Below the pieces are notes generated by a model. It was not told where the DNA came from and did not search any database. It worked only from the letters and a program-made list of their open reading frames with translations. 64,000 nucleotides of DNA from Lactobacillus sp. (lineage in GTDB: Bacteria > Bacillota > Bacilli > Lactobacillales > Lactobacillaceae). The stretch covers positions 6,069 through 70,068 of the forward strand of contig JAKDPD010000006.1 of the NCBI GenBank assembly GCA_030455605.1, read 5' to 3'. A program made the position numbers and the translations under genes. This document shows positions 19,120 to 29,747 of this stretch, one piece after another. How positions within the stretch are numbered: the first letter of the stretch is position 1; each line of letters opens with the position of its first letter.

Positions 19120-21024
19120 TTAATCAGCATCAAGTAAGTCGATGGCTTTTTCCCAAGCAGTATTAGCAGTCTCTATCTTGGCTTCAATCGCAGTGAGATC
19201 ACTTTGAAGTGGCCCGAGTTTGGTGAAGTCTGAAGCAATGGCTGGATTAGCCATTTGTGCTTTTAAATCGGCTGCTTGCGCCTCTAACGACTCAATCGTG
19301 GTTTCAATTTGAGTAACTTGGCGTTTCCGTTTGCGTAGCTGCGCTGCCTGTTGTTTTTGTGCTTGGTAAGATGCTTGTTTGTGAGTAGGGGTGGGGGCGA
19401 CTGCTTGTTGGCTTGTGGGAGTAGTCACATTTTTAGCTTGCTGAGCTAAGTAATCTGAGTAATTGCCATCATAAATTTTGGCTGTTTGGTTTTCAACTAA
19501 AACAATTTTCGTGGCCAATTGATTAATGAAGTACCGGTCATGTGAAACGAAGAGTAATGTCCCATCGTAATCTTTTAATGCATCGTTTAAAACTGCCTTG
19601 GCATCTAAATCAAGGTGGTTAGTTGGCTCGTCCATGAGTAAGCAGTTGTCATGCTCAAGGCTGAGGACGGTTAGGGTCAGTCGAGCTTTTTGACCACCAG
19701 AGAGCTGACTAACGGTTTTATCAATATCTTTGGCGGTGAATAAGAAACTGGCCAAGATGCTGCGGACATCTTTTTCAAGCATATCCTTGTGGCGATCCCA
19801 AATTGTATCAATTACCGTCTTGATAGGCACTAGTCCCTGAAGCTCTTGGTCATAATAACCGATATCTAAAGAAGCACCATATTTGAGCGAGCCAGCTTTA
19901 GGTGGTAACTGCTTCATGATGGTCTTGAGCAGGGTCGATTTGCCAATCCCATTCGGTCCGATAATCGCGACACGGTCGCCTTTATTGACTTGCAGCGAAA
20001 TATCTTTGACCATTGTTTTGTCAGGATAGCCGATAGTTAGCTTGTTGAAAAGTAGGACTTCTTTGCCAGAGGGGTGGTTGCTACTGAAGTGAATCCGAAC
20101 TTTGGCTAGGTGCTTAGGTGGTTTAATTCGTTCAATTTTAGCGAGTTGCTTGCGCCGACTTTGCGCCCGTTTGGTAGTTGTTGCACGTACTAAGTTTTTT
20201 TGAATAAAAACTTCATCCCGTTTGATGCTTGTTTGTTGCTTATCAAAAGCAGCTTGTTGGGTTTGATCTCGTAGTTGTCGCTGGGCTAAATAGGCGGTGT
20301 AGTTTCCCTTAAAAACTGTCAATTGATTAAATTTCAATTCAAAAATTTGGGTAGTCAGATGATCTAAGAAGTATTGATCATGTGAAACGACTAAAATTGC
20401 ACCGGCATAATTCTTGAGGAAGGTTTCTAGCCAATCTAAGGTATCTAAATCTAAATAGTTGGTCGGTTCATCTAATAATAGGAGTTGTGGCTTTTGTAAA
20501 AGTAATTTCACAAAAGCTAACCGGGTCTTTTCACCACCAGAAAGCGAAGCAACTTGCTTTTGCCAAGTTGCTTCGGGGAAGTGAAAGCCATTTAGAATAC
20601 TCTTGATATCAGCTTGATAGGTATAGCCACCTGCTTGCTCAAAATCAAATTGTAGTTGGTCGTATTGCTTGAGCAAAGCAGCATCATTTGGTTGCTGGCT
20701 GAGCTGTACTTGTAAAGCTTGCAGCTGTTTACCGCGCGCAATGAGTGGTGCGAAGACAGCAGCCATGGCATCCCAGATAGACTGGTTTCCACCGAGCGCG
20801 TTTTCTTGGGCAATATAGCCCACTTGAATGTCCTTATTAGTGGTAAATTGGCCATGACTTGAAGCTTGTTCGCCAGTCATGATTCGCAGTAAAGTAGTTT
20901 TGCCGACACCATTGGCGCCAATTAAGCCAATTCTGGCGCCAGCATTAATGCTAAAGTTAACATTTTTGAATAAAGTCGTGGCACCAAATTGTTGTGTCAG
21001 TTTATGTCCTTGTGCAATTATCAT
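19120..21024 (-). CDS. ABC-F family ATPase (YdiF-like translation factor)
   Basis: Two ABC domains (GANGVGKT/LSGGEK; GPNGIGKS/LSGGQK), no transmembrane segments, C-terminal coiled coil; divergent from rex. Confidence 0.9.
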   Translation of the reverse strand: MIIAQGHKLTQQFGATTLFKNVNFSINAGARIGLIGANGVGKTTLLRIMTGEQASSHGQFTTNKDIQVGYIAQENALGGNQSIWDAMAAVFAPLIARGKQLQALQVQLSQQPNDAALLKQYDQLQFDFEQAGGYTYQADIKSILNGFHFPEATWQKQVASLSGGEKTRLAFVKLLLQKPQLLLLDEPTNYLDLDTLDWLETFLKNYAGAILVVSHDQYFLDHLTTQIFELKFNQLTVFKGNYTAYLAQRQLRDQTQQAAFDKQQTSIKRDEVFIQKNLVRATTTKRAQSRRKQLAKIERIKPPKHLAKVRIHFSSNHPSGKEVLLFNKLTIGYPDKTMVKDISLQVNKGDRVAIIGPNGIGKSTLLKTIMKQLPPKAGSLKYGASLDIGYYDQELQGLVPIKTVIDTIWDRHKDMLEKDVRSILASFLFTAKDIDKTVSQLSGGQKARLTLTVLSLEHDNCLLMDEPTNHLDLDAKAVLNDALKDYDGTLLFVSHDRYFINQLATKIVLVENQTAKIYDGNYSDYLAQQAKNVTTPTSQQAVAPTPTHKQASYQAQKQQAAQLRKRKRQVTQIETTIESLEAQAADLKAQMANPAIASDFTKLGPLQSDLTAIEAKIETANTAWEKAIDLLDAD

Positions 21025-21216
21025 ATTTTCTCACCTAAAGCCCATTTTACCATAGTCGTTGGAGTGCTTCCTAGCATCACTCAGCCGAAAAAATGGCTTT
21101 TTTTGCTAAGTTTGTGAAAATACCTTGAAAAAGAGCCCCGCTTTTGATTATGATAGATATACTTATCATTTATGTGCATGAATGAACAAAGAGAAGCTTT
21201 TAAGTGGAGGGCTGAA

Positions 21217-21855
21217 ATGGAAAAAGTAAAAATTCCAAGGGCAACGGCTAAAAGATTACCGCTCTATTACCGTTATTTGATTATTCTGAGCGAAGCGGGT
21301 AAAGAAAAGGTTTCCTCGACTGAATTGTCTGATGCAGTTCAAGTCGACAGTGCGTCAATTCGGCGCGACTTTTCGTACTTTGGGGCGCTGGGAAAACGTG
21401 GTTACGGTTATGATGTCAAGAACTTATTAGGCTTCTTCAAGAAAATTTTGAATCAAGATACGCTAACTAACGTGGCTTTAGTTGGTGTTGGTAATTTGGG
21501 ACATGCGTTACTTAACTATAACTTTAAGCGGAGTAATAATATTCGCATTTCCTGTGCTTTTGATATTGATAAGAATATCACGGGCCGCATCTTAAGTGGG
21601 GTTCCTGTATATGATATGAGTGAACTCAAACAACAACTGAGTGATCAGCAGATTTCAATTGCCATATTGACTGTTCCGTCGCTACATGCCCAGAAAACGG
21701 CGGATGAAATGTTTGAAGCCGGTATCCAGGGAGTTATGAATTTTACGCCTATTCGTATTTCAGCTCCTGCCAATGTCCGTGTTCAAAATGTGGATTTAGC
21801 AACTGAACTCCAGACCTTGATTTACTTCTTGGACTCAGACAAGCAAGAACATTAA
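21217..21855 (+). CDS. rex: Redox-sensing transcriptional repressor Rex
   Basis: [40 protein letters not shown]. Confidence 0.96.
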   Translation: MEKVKIPRATAKRLPLYYRYLIILSEAGKEKVSSTELSDAVQVDSASIRRDFSYFGALGKRGYGYDVKNLLGFFKKILNQDTLTNVALVGVGNLGHALLNYNFKRSNNIRISCAFDIDKNITGRILSGVPVYDMSELKQQLSDQQISIAILTVPSLHAQKTADEMFEAGIQGVMNFTPIRISAPANVRVQNVDLATELQTLIYFLDSDKQEH

Positions 21856-21862
21856 CTTACTT

Positions 21863-21897
21863 AACAGCCTGACCTTAACGGTCCAGGCTGTTTTTTG
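21863..21897 (+). terminator. Terminator after rex
   Basis: AACAGCCTGACC-TTAAC-GGTCCAGGCTGTT followed by a T tract. Confidence 0.8.
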
Positions 21898-21925
21898 TGA
21901 GTCGCTTTATTCGTCTGATGAGCAG

Positions 21926-21952
21926 TTAGCACTCCGAGGATAAAACTGCTAT
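21926..21952 (+). promoter_or_regulatory. Degenerate CIRCE element upstream of the groES promoter
   Basis: TTAGCACTC-N9-AACTGCTAT (consensus right arm GAGTGCTAA). Confidence 0.65.
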
Positions 21953-21958
21953 TTTTTC

Positions 21959-21987
21959 TTGCAAAACGAAACTGAAAAGGTTATTAT
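21959..21987 (+). promoter_or_regulatory. Sigma-A promoter of groESL
   Basis: TTGCAA-17 bp-TATTAT. Confidence 0.75.
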
Positions 21988-21999
21988 TTAGATTGTAAG

Positions 22000-22026
22000 T
22001 TAGCACTTGTAAAATAAGAGTGCTAA
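22000..22026 (+). promoter_or_regulatory. CIRCE element (HrcA operator)
   Basis: TTAGCACTT-N9-GAGTGCTAA, 1 mismatch to consensus. Confidence 0.92.
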
Positions 22027-22068
22027 CAATTAATAAACAAATGGTTTATCTTTACAGGAGGGATTATC

Positions 22069-23987
<1,919 letters not shown>

Positions 23988-24010
23988 AATTAAACGTCAT
24001 TAATTTAAAG

Positions 24011-24045
24011 AATAGCTCGTTCAAAGATTGAACGAGCTATTTTTT
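24011..24045 (+). terminator. groEL terminator; left copy of a 34-bp direct repeat
   Basis: AATAGCTCGTTCAA-AGA-TTGAACGAGCTATT-TTT; repeated at 31468-31501. Confidence 0.9.
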
Positions 24046-24054
24046 GTTTAGAGC

Positions 24055-24068
24055 TGAAAGCGCTATAA
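24055..24068 (+). promoter_or_regulatory. Putative cre site (CcpA operator) upstream of cas9
   Basis: TGAAAGCGCTATAA, 13/14 match to TGWAARCGYTWNCA. Confidence 0.4.
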
Positions 24069-24154
24069 AACAGACGCTTCATGATATCAAAATTATGATA
24101 AGCTGAAAATATCAATTAGTCATAAGTGACAATTAAGGTAGAAGGAGTTCTAAC

Positions 24155-27100
24155 GTGAAGAATTATATCGTAGGTCTCGATATCGGGACAAATTCGTGTG
24201 GATGGGTAGCGACTGACTTTGAAAATAATATTTTGAAGTTACATGGTAAGACTGCCATTGGCGCACGCTTATTTGAAGAAGGACAAACAGCTGAAGAACG
24301 ACGCATCTTTAGAGCCACAAGACGCCGTTTGGCTCGTAGAAAATGGCGCCTTAAGCTATTGGAGGAAATTTTTGACCCTGAAATGGCAAAGATTGATCCT
24401 ACCTTTTTTGCACGCCTGAAAGATGCAGGGCTATCACCAAAAGATGCGCGTAAGAAACAAGTGACCACCATCTGGCAAGATCGGAAAACCGAAAAAGAAT
24501 TTTACGACCGGTATCCAACGATTTACCATTTGCGTAAAGCGCTGATGGAAGATGATCAGCAGCATGATTTACGTGAGGTTTATTTAGCGATTCACCATAT
24601 TGTTAAATATCGTGGTAACTTTTTACACAATGAAACAGTTGACCAGTTTGATGCCTCGAAAATCAATGTGGCTGGTAAATTGTGGCAATTGAATGAGCTA
24701 CTGAAATCGATTTTCTTTGATGATGCCATCCAATTAAATGTGACGAATGCAGCTGCCATTGAGGCAGTCATTAAAGATGAAAGCAAATATAAAAAAGATC
24801 AAGTTAAAGAAGTTGGTCAATTGTTGCTTGCTACCGATAACACTAGTCTAGCAAAAACAATAACAAAGCAAGTCGCAAATGCTGTCTTGGGCTATAAATT
24901 TCAGGTTGATAAATTATTTGGGCTCTCAGATGTTGATACTAAAACATATGGGATTAAGTTTAGCGACCTTGATGCGGATGATAAGTTGCAAGCAGTATGC
25001 GCCAATGTCACGACTGACCAGGCTGAATTACTAAATATTTTACAAAGTTGGTATAGCGCCATTGTACTGTGTGAGATTGTACCAGAAGGCTTGTCGTTAT
25101 CAGATGCGATGATTCAGAAATACCAGGATCATAAAAAAGATTTACGCTTGCTACGTCAGTATTTACACCAACTAACAGATCCTGCCAAAAAACAAAAGTT
25201 AAGTGACATTTATAATAGCTATATTGGTAATCGTAAAATAGCCGTTAAGGCGCTTAAAGAGCGTGCTGATAAGTGGAATAAGAAGATTGATTTAGCCCGA
25301 TTTGACGACTTGAAAAAGGTTATTTTAAGTTGTCTAGATGATTCTGATCTGGCACAGCAAATTAAAGCGCGCCTGGATAAAGGTGAATTTTTGCCGAAAC
25401 AGCGGACTAAGGATAATGGTGTCATCCCTTATCAATTACATGAAATTGAACTTAATCGGATTCTGGAAAAACAAGGCAAGTACTACCCGTTTTTAGTCGA
25501 GACCAATCCAGTAACACAGAATATTAAACGTGCACCTTATAAAATTAGCCAACTCATGAGCTTCCGGGTGCCATATTATGTCGGGCCGATGGTCGATTCG
25601 AAGCAAGTCGGGGAAAATGAAGCGAAATTTGCTTGGATGACGCGTCGTCAAAATGGTCGGATTACGCCTTGGAATTTTGATGAGATGGTCGATCGCACAG
25701 CGTCTGCCAATACTTTTATTACGCGGATGACCACGAAAGATACCTATTTATTAGGGGAAGATGTTTTACCAGCAGCTAGTCTCCTTTATCAAAAGTTTGA
25801 AGTCTTGAATGAATTAAATATTGTTTCCGTTAATCACCAAAAGTTGCCATCTGACTTGAAGCGTACGGCTTTTGAAAGCTTATTCAAGCAATCCAAGACG
25901 GTTAGCAAGAAGAAATTTATTACCTTTTTGGAGCAGCATGGTTACCTTAATCCTCAAATTAGTGGGATGGCGGATGAAAAGAAATTTAATTCGAGTCTAA
26001 GCACTTATCTGGATTATCATGCGATTTTAGGTGATACGATTGATGATGCAACTAAGCAGCACGATATCGAAAGAATTATTAAATGGTCAACTATTTTTGA
26101 AGATCGGGCAATTTTTCAGCAAAAATTGGCAGAGATTGCTTGGTTAACCCTAGCACAAAGACAATCTTTGGTTCGCTTACGTTATCAAGGCTGGGGCCGA
26201 TTATCAGCGAAGTTATTGCAGCACTTGCCAGATAGCAATGGGGTTAATATCATTAATCGTCTATGGAATGAGCAGGATAATTTACAGCGGATTCTAGCAG
26301 ATCCCACGATTAAGGCGGGTATTATCAAGGCCAATGAAGGGATGCTTGATAAACAGTCCATGGAAGATGTGCTGGATGAAGCGTATACTTCTCCACAAAA
26401 TAAGAAGGCAATTCGTCAAGTCATGCGGGTAGTGTACGATTTGGTGAAAGCCGCTAAAGGGCAAGCACCTAGCCAAATAGCGATTGAATTTGCCCGCAGT
26501 CCGGAAAAGAAACCCCAGCGTACTGACCCACGTATTAAACGGATGCAGGATACTTACAAGGCGATTAAGAGCGATGTGCTTAGTGCGGTCGTGAAGGATC
26601 AACTCGATCAGCAAGCCAATTTGAGCGATCGGCTCTATCTCTACTTTTCTCAAGCTGGTCGGGATGCCTATACGGGTAAACCGTTAGATTTAGATCGACT
26701 ATCTACTTATGATATCGACCATATTTTCCCTCAAGCTTATGTGATTGATGATTCTTTAGATAACCGCGTTCTAGTGTCGAGTAAGCTTAATCGCATCAAG
26801 TCAGATGATGTGCCATTCCGTTTATTTGGTAATAAACCAGCACAAGGTTTTCCTGGTACCATTAAAGAGATGTGGGCTGCTTGGCAAAAAGCTAATTTAA
26901 TTAGTAAGCGGAAGTACAATAACTTAGTCACAGATACTGAGCATTTGACGAAGTGGCAGCAAACGGGATTTGTACAACGACAATTGGTTGAAACTAGCCA
27001 AGTCATCAAGTTAGTGGCAACGATTTTACAGCATGAATTTCCAGATACTCAGATTATTGAAGTTAAGGCTGCTTACAATTCGATGCTGCGTAAGGAATTC

Positions 27101-28291
27101 AATTTATATAAGAGCCGAGAAGTGAATGATTACCATCATGCGATTGATGCATATTTAAGTACTATCGTCGGTAATTATTTGTATCAAGTATATCCAAGGC
27201 TGCACAATTACTTCGTTTATGGGGCCTATAAACACTTTAGTAAGCAGGATGAGGCGACGACTGCAGATGCGGTTAAGGCCACTAAGCAATTTAATTTCAT
27301 TTGGCAATTGTTATACGGACCAGGTGATGCCATTAAAGTCTCTAGTAATCATGATTTAACAGTCTTTTCGCGTCATGATATTATTCAGAAGTTGCAACGT
27401 GCTTATGCCTTTAAATTAATGCATGTCACGCAAGCCGTGTCTACTCGATCAGGCAAGCTGTTTGACCAAACGGTCTATCCTATCAAGGAACGCGATAATA
27501 CCAAAACTCGTACTTTAATTCCGAGGAGAAAGAACTTACCGGTGGAAATTTACGGTGGTTATAGCGGCAATGTAGATGCTTATATGGCGTTAGTTAAAGT
27601 CGAGAAAAAGGCGGGGGCAGAGTATCGAATTATCGGCGTACCCGTTCGCGCTTTAACGATTATTCGTCAAGCTAAGGATGCCAAAAAAGCTTTACATCAG
27701 GTATTGGCACCATTAGTAATGAACGATAAGAAAGGGAAGCCAAAGCGTGGGGTTCTTTCCTTCAGAGTATTGCTTGAAAAAGTCCCGTATAAACAGCCAA
27801 TTATTGATGGGGATAGAAAATTTATGTTAGGCAGTGCAGCATACATTTATCCGACAAGTCAGATGGTTTTAGATAGTAAATCGATGCAATATATCTTGGA
27901 TTATATCGATGATCCGAATGGTTCTAAGCATTATTTAGGAAATCATGACGAGGATGAAACAAGGGCATTATTGTATGTGTATGATCAAATCTTAGCTAAT
28001 ATGGATAAGTATTTAGCTATTTTTGATGTTAATAAATTTCGAGTTAAATTGCATGCTGGTCGAGAAAAATTTCAAATACTTTCATTAAGTGAGCAAGAGA
28101 GTACTCTAAAAAACATATTAGATGGTTTGCACGCAAATGCAAAGAGGACAAATATTAAAAATATTGGTATATCGATTTCATTAGGGTTCATGCAATATCA
28201 GAGTGGAGTCCTGTTATCGCCTGATGCGCTAGTCGTGTATCAATCACCAACTGGATTATTTGAGCGCCGAGTTAAAATTAGTGACTTATAG
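24155..28291 (+). CDS. cas9: Type II-A CRISPR endonuclease Cas9 (1378 aa)
   Basis: RuvC-I GLDIGTNSCGW, Arg-rich bridge helix, FRVPYYVGP, RuvC-II IEFAR, HNH YDIDHIFPQ..DDSLDNRVLV..LN, RuvC-III HHAIDAYL, QSPTGLFE; GTG start after AGGAG. Confidence 0.98.
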   Translation: MKNYIVGLDIGTNSCGWVATDFENNILKLHGKTAIGARLFEEGQTAEERRIFRATRRRLARRKWRLKLLEEIFDPEMAKIDPTFFARLKDAGLSPKDARKKQVTTIWQDRKTEKEFYDRYPTIYHLRKALMEDDQQHDLREVYLAIHHIVKYRGNFLHNETVDQFDASKINVAGKLWQLNELLKSIFFDDAIQLNVTNAAAIEAVIKDESKYKKDQVKEVGQLLLATDNTSLAKTITKQVANAVLGYKFQVDKLFGLSDVDTKTYGIKFSDLDADDKLQAVCANVTTDQAELLNILQSWYSAIVLCEIVPEGLSLSDAMIQKYQDHKKDLRLLRQYLHQLTDPAKKQKLSDIYNSYIGNRKIAVKALKERADKWNKKIDLARFDDLKKVILSCLDDSDLAQQIKARLDKGEFLPKQRTKDNGVIPYQLHEIELNRILEKQGKYYPFLVETNPVTQNIKRAPYKISQLMSFRVPYYVGPMVDSKQVGENEAKFAWMTRRQNGRITPWNFDEMVDRTASANTFITRMTTKDTYLLGEDVLPAASLLYQKFEVLNELNIVSVNHQKLPSDLKRTAFESLFKQSKTVSKKKFITFLEQHGYLNPQISGMADEKKFNSSLSTYLDYHAILGDTIDDATKQHDIERIIKWSTIFEDRAIFQQKLAEIAWLTLAQRQSLVRLRYQGWGRLSAKLLQHLPDSNGVNIINRLWNEQDNLQRILADPTIKAGIIKANEGMLDKQSMEDVLDEAYTSPQNKKAIRQVMRVVYDLVKAAKGQAPSQIAIEFARSPEKKPQRTDPRIKRMQDTYKAIKSDVLSAVVKDQLDQQANLSDRLYLYFSQAGRDAYTGKPLDLDRLSTYDIDHIFPQAYVIDDSLDNRVLVSSKLNRIKSDDVPFRLFGNKPAQGFPGTIKEMWAAWQKANLISKRKYNNLVTDTEHLTKWQQTGFVQRQLVETSQVIKLVATILQHEFPDTQIIEVKAAYNSMLRKEFNLYKSREVNDYHHAIDAYLSTIVGNYLYQVYPRLHNYFVYGAYKHFSKQDEATTADAVKATKQFNFIWQLLYGPGDAIKVSSNHDLTVFSRHDIIQKLQRAYAFKLMHVTQAVSTRSGKLFDQTVYPIKERDNTKTRTLIPRRKNLPVEIYGGYSGNVDAYMALVKVEKKAGAEYRIIGVPVRALTIIRQAKDAKKALHQVLAPLVMNDKKGKPKRGVLSFRVLLEKVPYKQPIIDGDRKFMLGSAAYIYPTSQMVLDSKSMQYILDYIDDPNGSKHYLGNHDEDETRALLYVYDQILANMDKYLAIFDVNKFRVKLHAGREKFQILSLSEQESTLKNILDGLHANAKRTNIKNIGISISLGFMQYQSGVLLSPDALVVYQSPTGLFERRVKISDL

Positions 28292-28297
28292 TCAGGA

Positions 28298-28330
28298 AAG
28301 GAGCATGTCAGTTGGCATGCTCCTTAATTT
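28298..28330 (+). terminator. Hairpin/terminator after cas9
   Basis: AAGGAGCATGTCA-GT-TGGCATGCTCCTT followed by AATTTT. Confidence 0.7.
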
Positions 28331-28337
28331 TGCTCAC

Positions 28338-28432
28338 AAAAAAAGCCACATAGGTGGCATAAATGTGAAAACTTAATGTTTGATTTTAACACTTAAACAA
28401 GTATCTACTGCATTCAGATAAATAGAAGTACC
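28338..28432 (-). ncRNA. tracrRNA
   Basis: Minus strand reads GGUACUUCUAUUUAUCUGAAUGCAGUAGAU (anti-repeat), 13-nt insert, UUAAAAU (lower stem), nexus AAAC-AUUAA-GUUU, then GCCAC-CUAU-GUGGC-U7 terminator; 5' end approximate. Confidence 0.92.
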
Positions 28433-28484
28433 TCGAATCTATTAGTCGTTAAGATAAGAAGCCTTTAAGTTAGAACTTGCTAGA

Positions 28485-28506
28485 TTAGGTAGTTGCAACT
28501 ACCTAA
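28485..28506. repeat. Perfect 22-bp palindrome between tracrRNA and cas1
   Basis: TTAGGTAGTTG|CAACTACCTAA. Confidence 0.9.
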
Positions 28507-28552
28507 CAAAGAAATGATAGCATGTGATGATTTAAAATACAAGGAGGTTTTT

Positions 28553-29464
28553 ATGGGATGGCGAAATGTTATTGTGACGCAGTATTCAAAACTGGCATAT
28601 TCAGGAGGGATGATGACGGTTCAAATACCGGAGAAAATCACCCAGATTCCAGTATCTGATATCAATTTGTTATTGATTGCGACCACACAGGCAACCTTAA
28701 CGACTGCTCTAATCAGTGAACTTGCTGCTAGTAATGTAAAGATTATTTTTACGGATAGCCAGCATAATCCCATTACTGAAACGATGAATTATTATGCCAA
28801 TAACTGTAATTATCAACGGCTACTTAATCAGTTTAATTGGGATGTGAATCGTAAACAAAAGCTTTGGACCAAGATTGTGAATCAGAAGATGAATAATCAG
28901 GCAGCAGTGTTAACGACTTACCATTTATCAACTGAAACTGTGAGGTCACAAATTGATCAGCTAGAGTTTAATGATTTGACCAATCGTGAAGCAGTCGTCG
29001 CTAAAAAGTATTTTGAGATTCTTTTTGGAAATAGTTTTAGTCGTAGAGACCCTGCAAATATCTTAAATGCTGCATTAAATTATGGTTATTCTATTATCTT
29101 ATCAGTCTTTAGTCGGCAGATTGTAGTTGATGGCTATCAAACTTATTTAGGCGTTCATCATGCTTCGACCCAGAATCAATTTAATCTAGCGAGTGACCTG
29201 ATGGAGCCATTCCGACCATTTGTTGATTATTGGCTTTATGCCAATCGTAAGATTACCGCTTTTACGCCCGATATCAAGTTTGGACTCGTTGAATTGTTGA
29301 GCTTAGAGATTAAATATAAAAATAAACGGATGTTGCTTTCAACTGCCATTGAATTATATTGTCGGACTTGTCTAGATTATCTTGATGGCCGGGTAGATGA
29401 AATAGAAGGGGTGATGGAACTTGTCTCTGAGGTACCAAATTATGCGATTAATGATAATGTTTGA
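28553..29464 (+). CDS. cas1: Type II CRISPR integrase Cas1
   Basis: MGWRNVIV, TNREAVVAKKYF, NAALNYGY, GVHH, FNLASDLMEPFRP; SD AGGAGG. Confidence 0.97.
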   Translation: MGWRNVIVTQYSKLAYSGGMMTVQIPEKITQIPVSDINLLLIATTQATLTTALISELAASNVKIIFTDSQHNPITETMNYYANNCNYQRLLNQFNWDVNRKQKLWTKIVNQKMNNQAAVLTTYHLSTETVRSQIDQLEFNDLTNREAVVAKKYFEILFGNSFSRRDPANILNAALNYGYSIILSVFSRQIVVDGYQTYLGVHHASTQNQFNLASDLMEPFRPFVDYWLYANRKITAFTPDIKFGLVELLSLEIKYKNKRMLLSTAIELYCRTCLDYLDGRVDEIEGVMELVSEVPNYAINDNV

Positions 29465-29747
29465 TTTACCGGTTGAAACTGCAATTGAGCGCAAGGCTTA
29501 TCGAACATTTCGCAAGGCCTTAATCAATGAAGGTTTTGTCATGATTCAGTTCTCTGTTTATGTCCGAGTCTGTGCTTCAGCAAATTCAGCTAAGTATATG
29601 GAGCTACGCGTTCAAAAATTTTTGCCGGCAAATGGTTTAGTGCAAACAATGATGTTAACTGAAAAGCAATATCTGGATATGCATTTCTTATTAGGCAAAC
29701 CACTTGATGATGTGAGGAATACTTCTGATCGGACGGTCATTATATGA
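29442..29747 (+). CDS. cas2: Cas2
   Basis: MRLMIMFDLPVET..ERKAYRTFRKALINEGF.MIQFSVY; alternative start at 29421. Confidence 0.96.
   Translation: MRLMIMFDLPVETAIERKAYRTFRKALINEGFVMIQFSVYVRVCASANSAKYMELRVQKFLPANGLVQTMMLTEKQYLDMHFLLGKPLDDVRNTSDRTVII

Noticed and set aside
24045-24071. GTTTAGAGCTGAAAGCGCTATAAAAC resembles the start of the SpCas9 sgRNA scaffold or a degenerate repeat (scaRNA)
   Set aside because: Only ~8/11 similarity to this system's repeat, poor pairing to the tracr upper stem, and better explained by the overlapping cre-like site.
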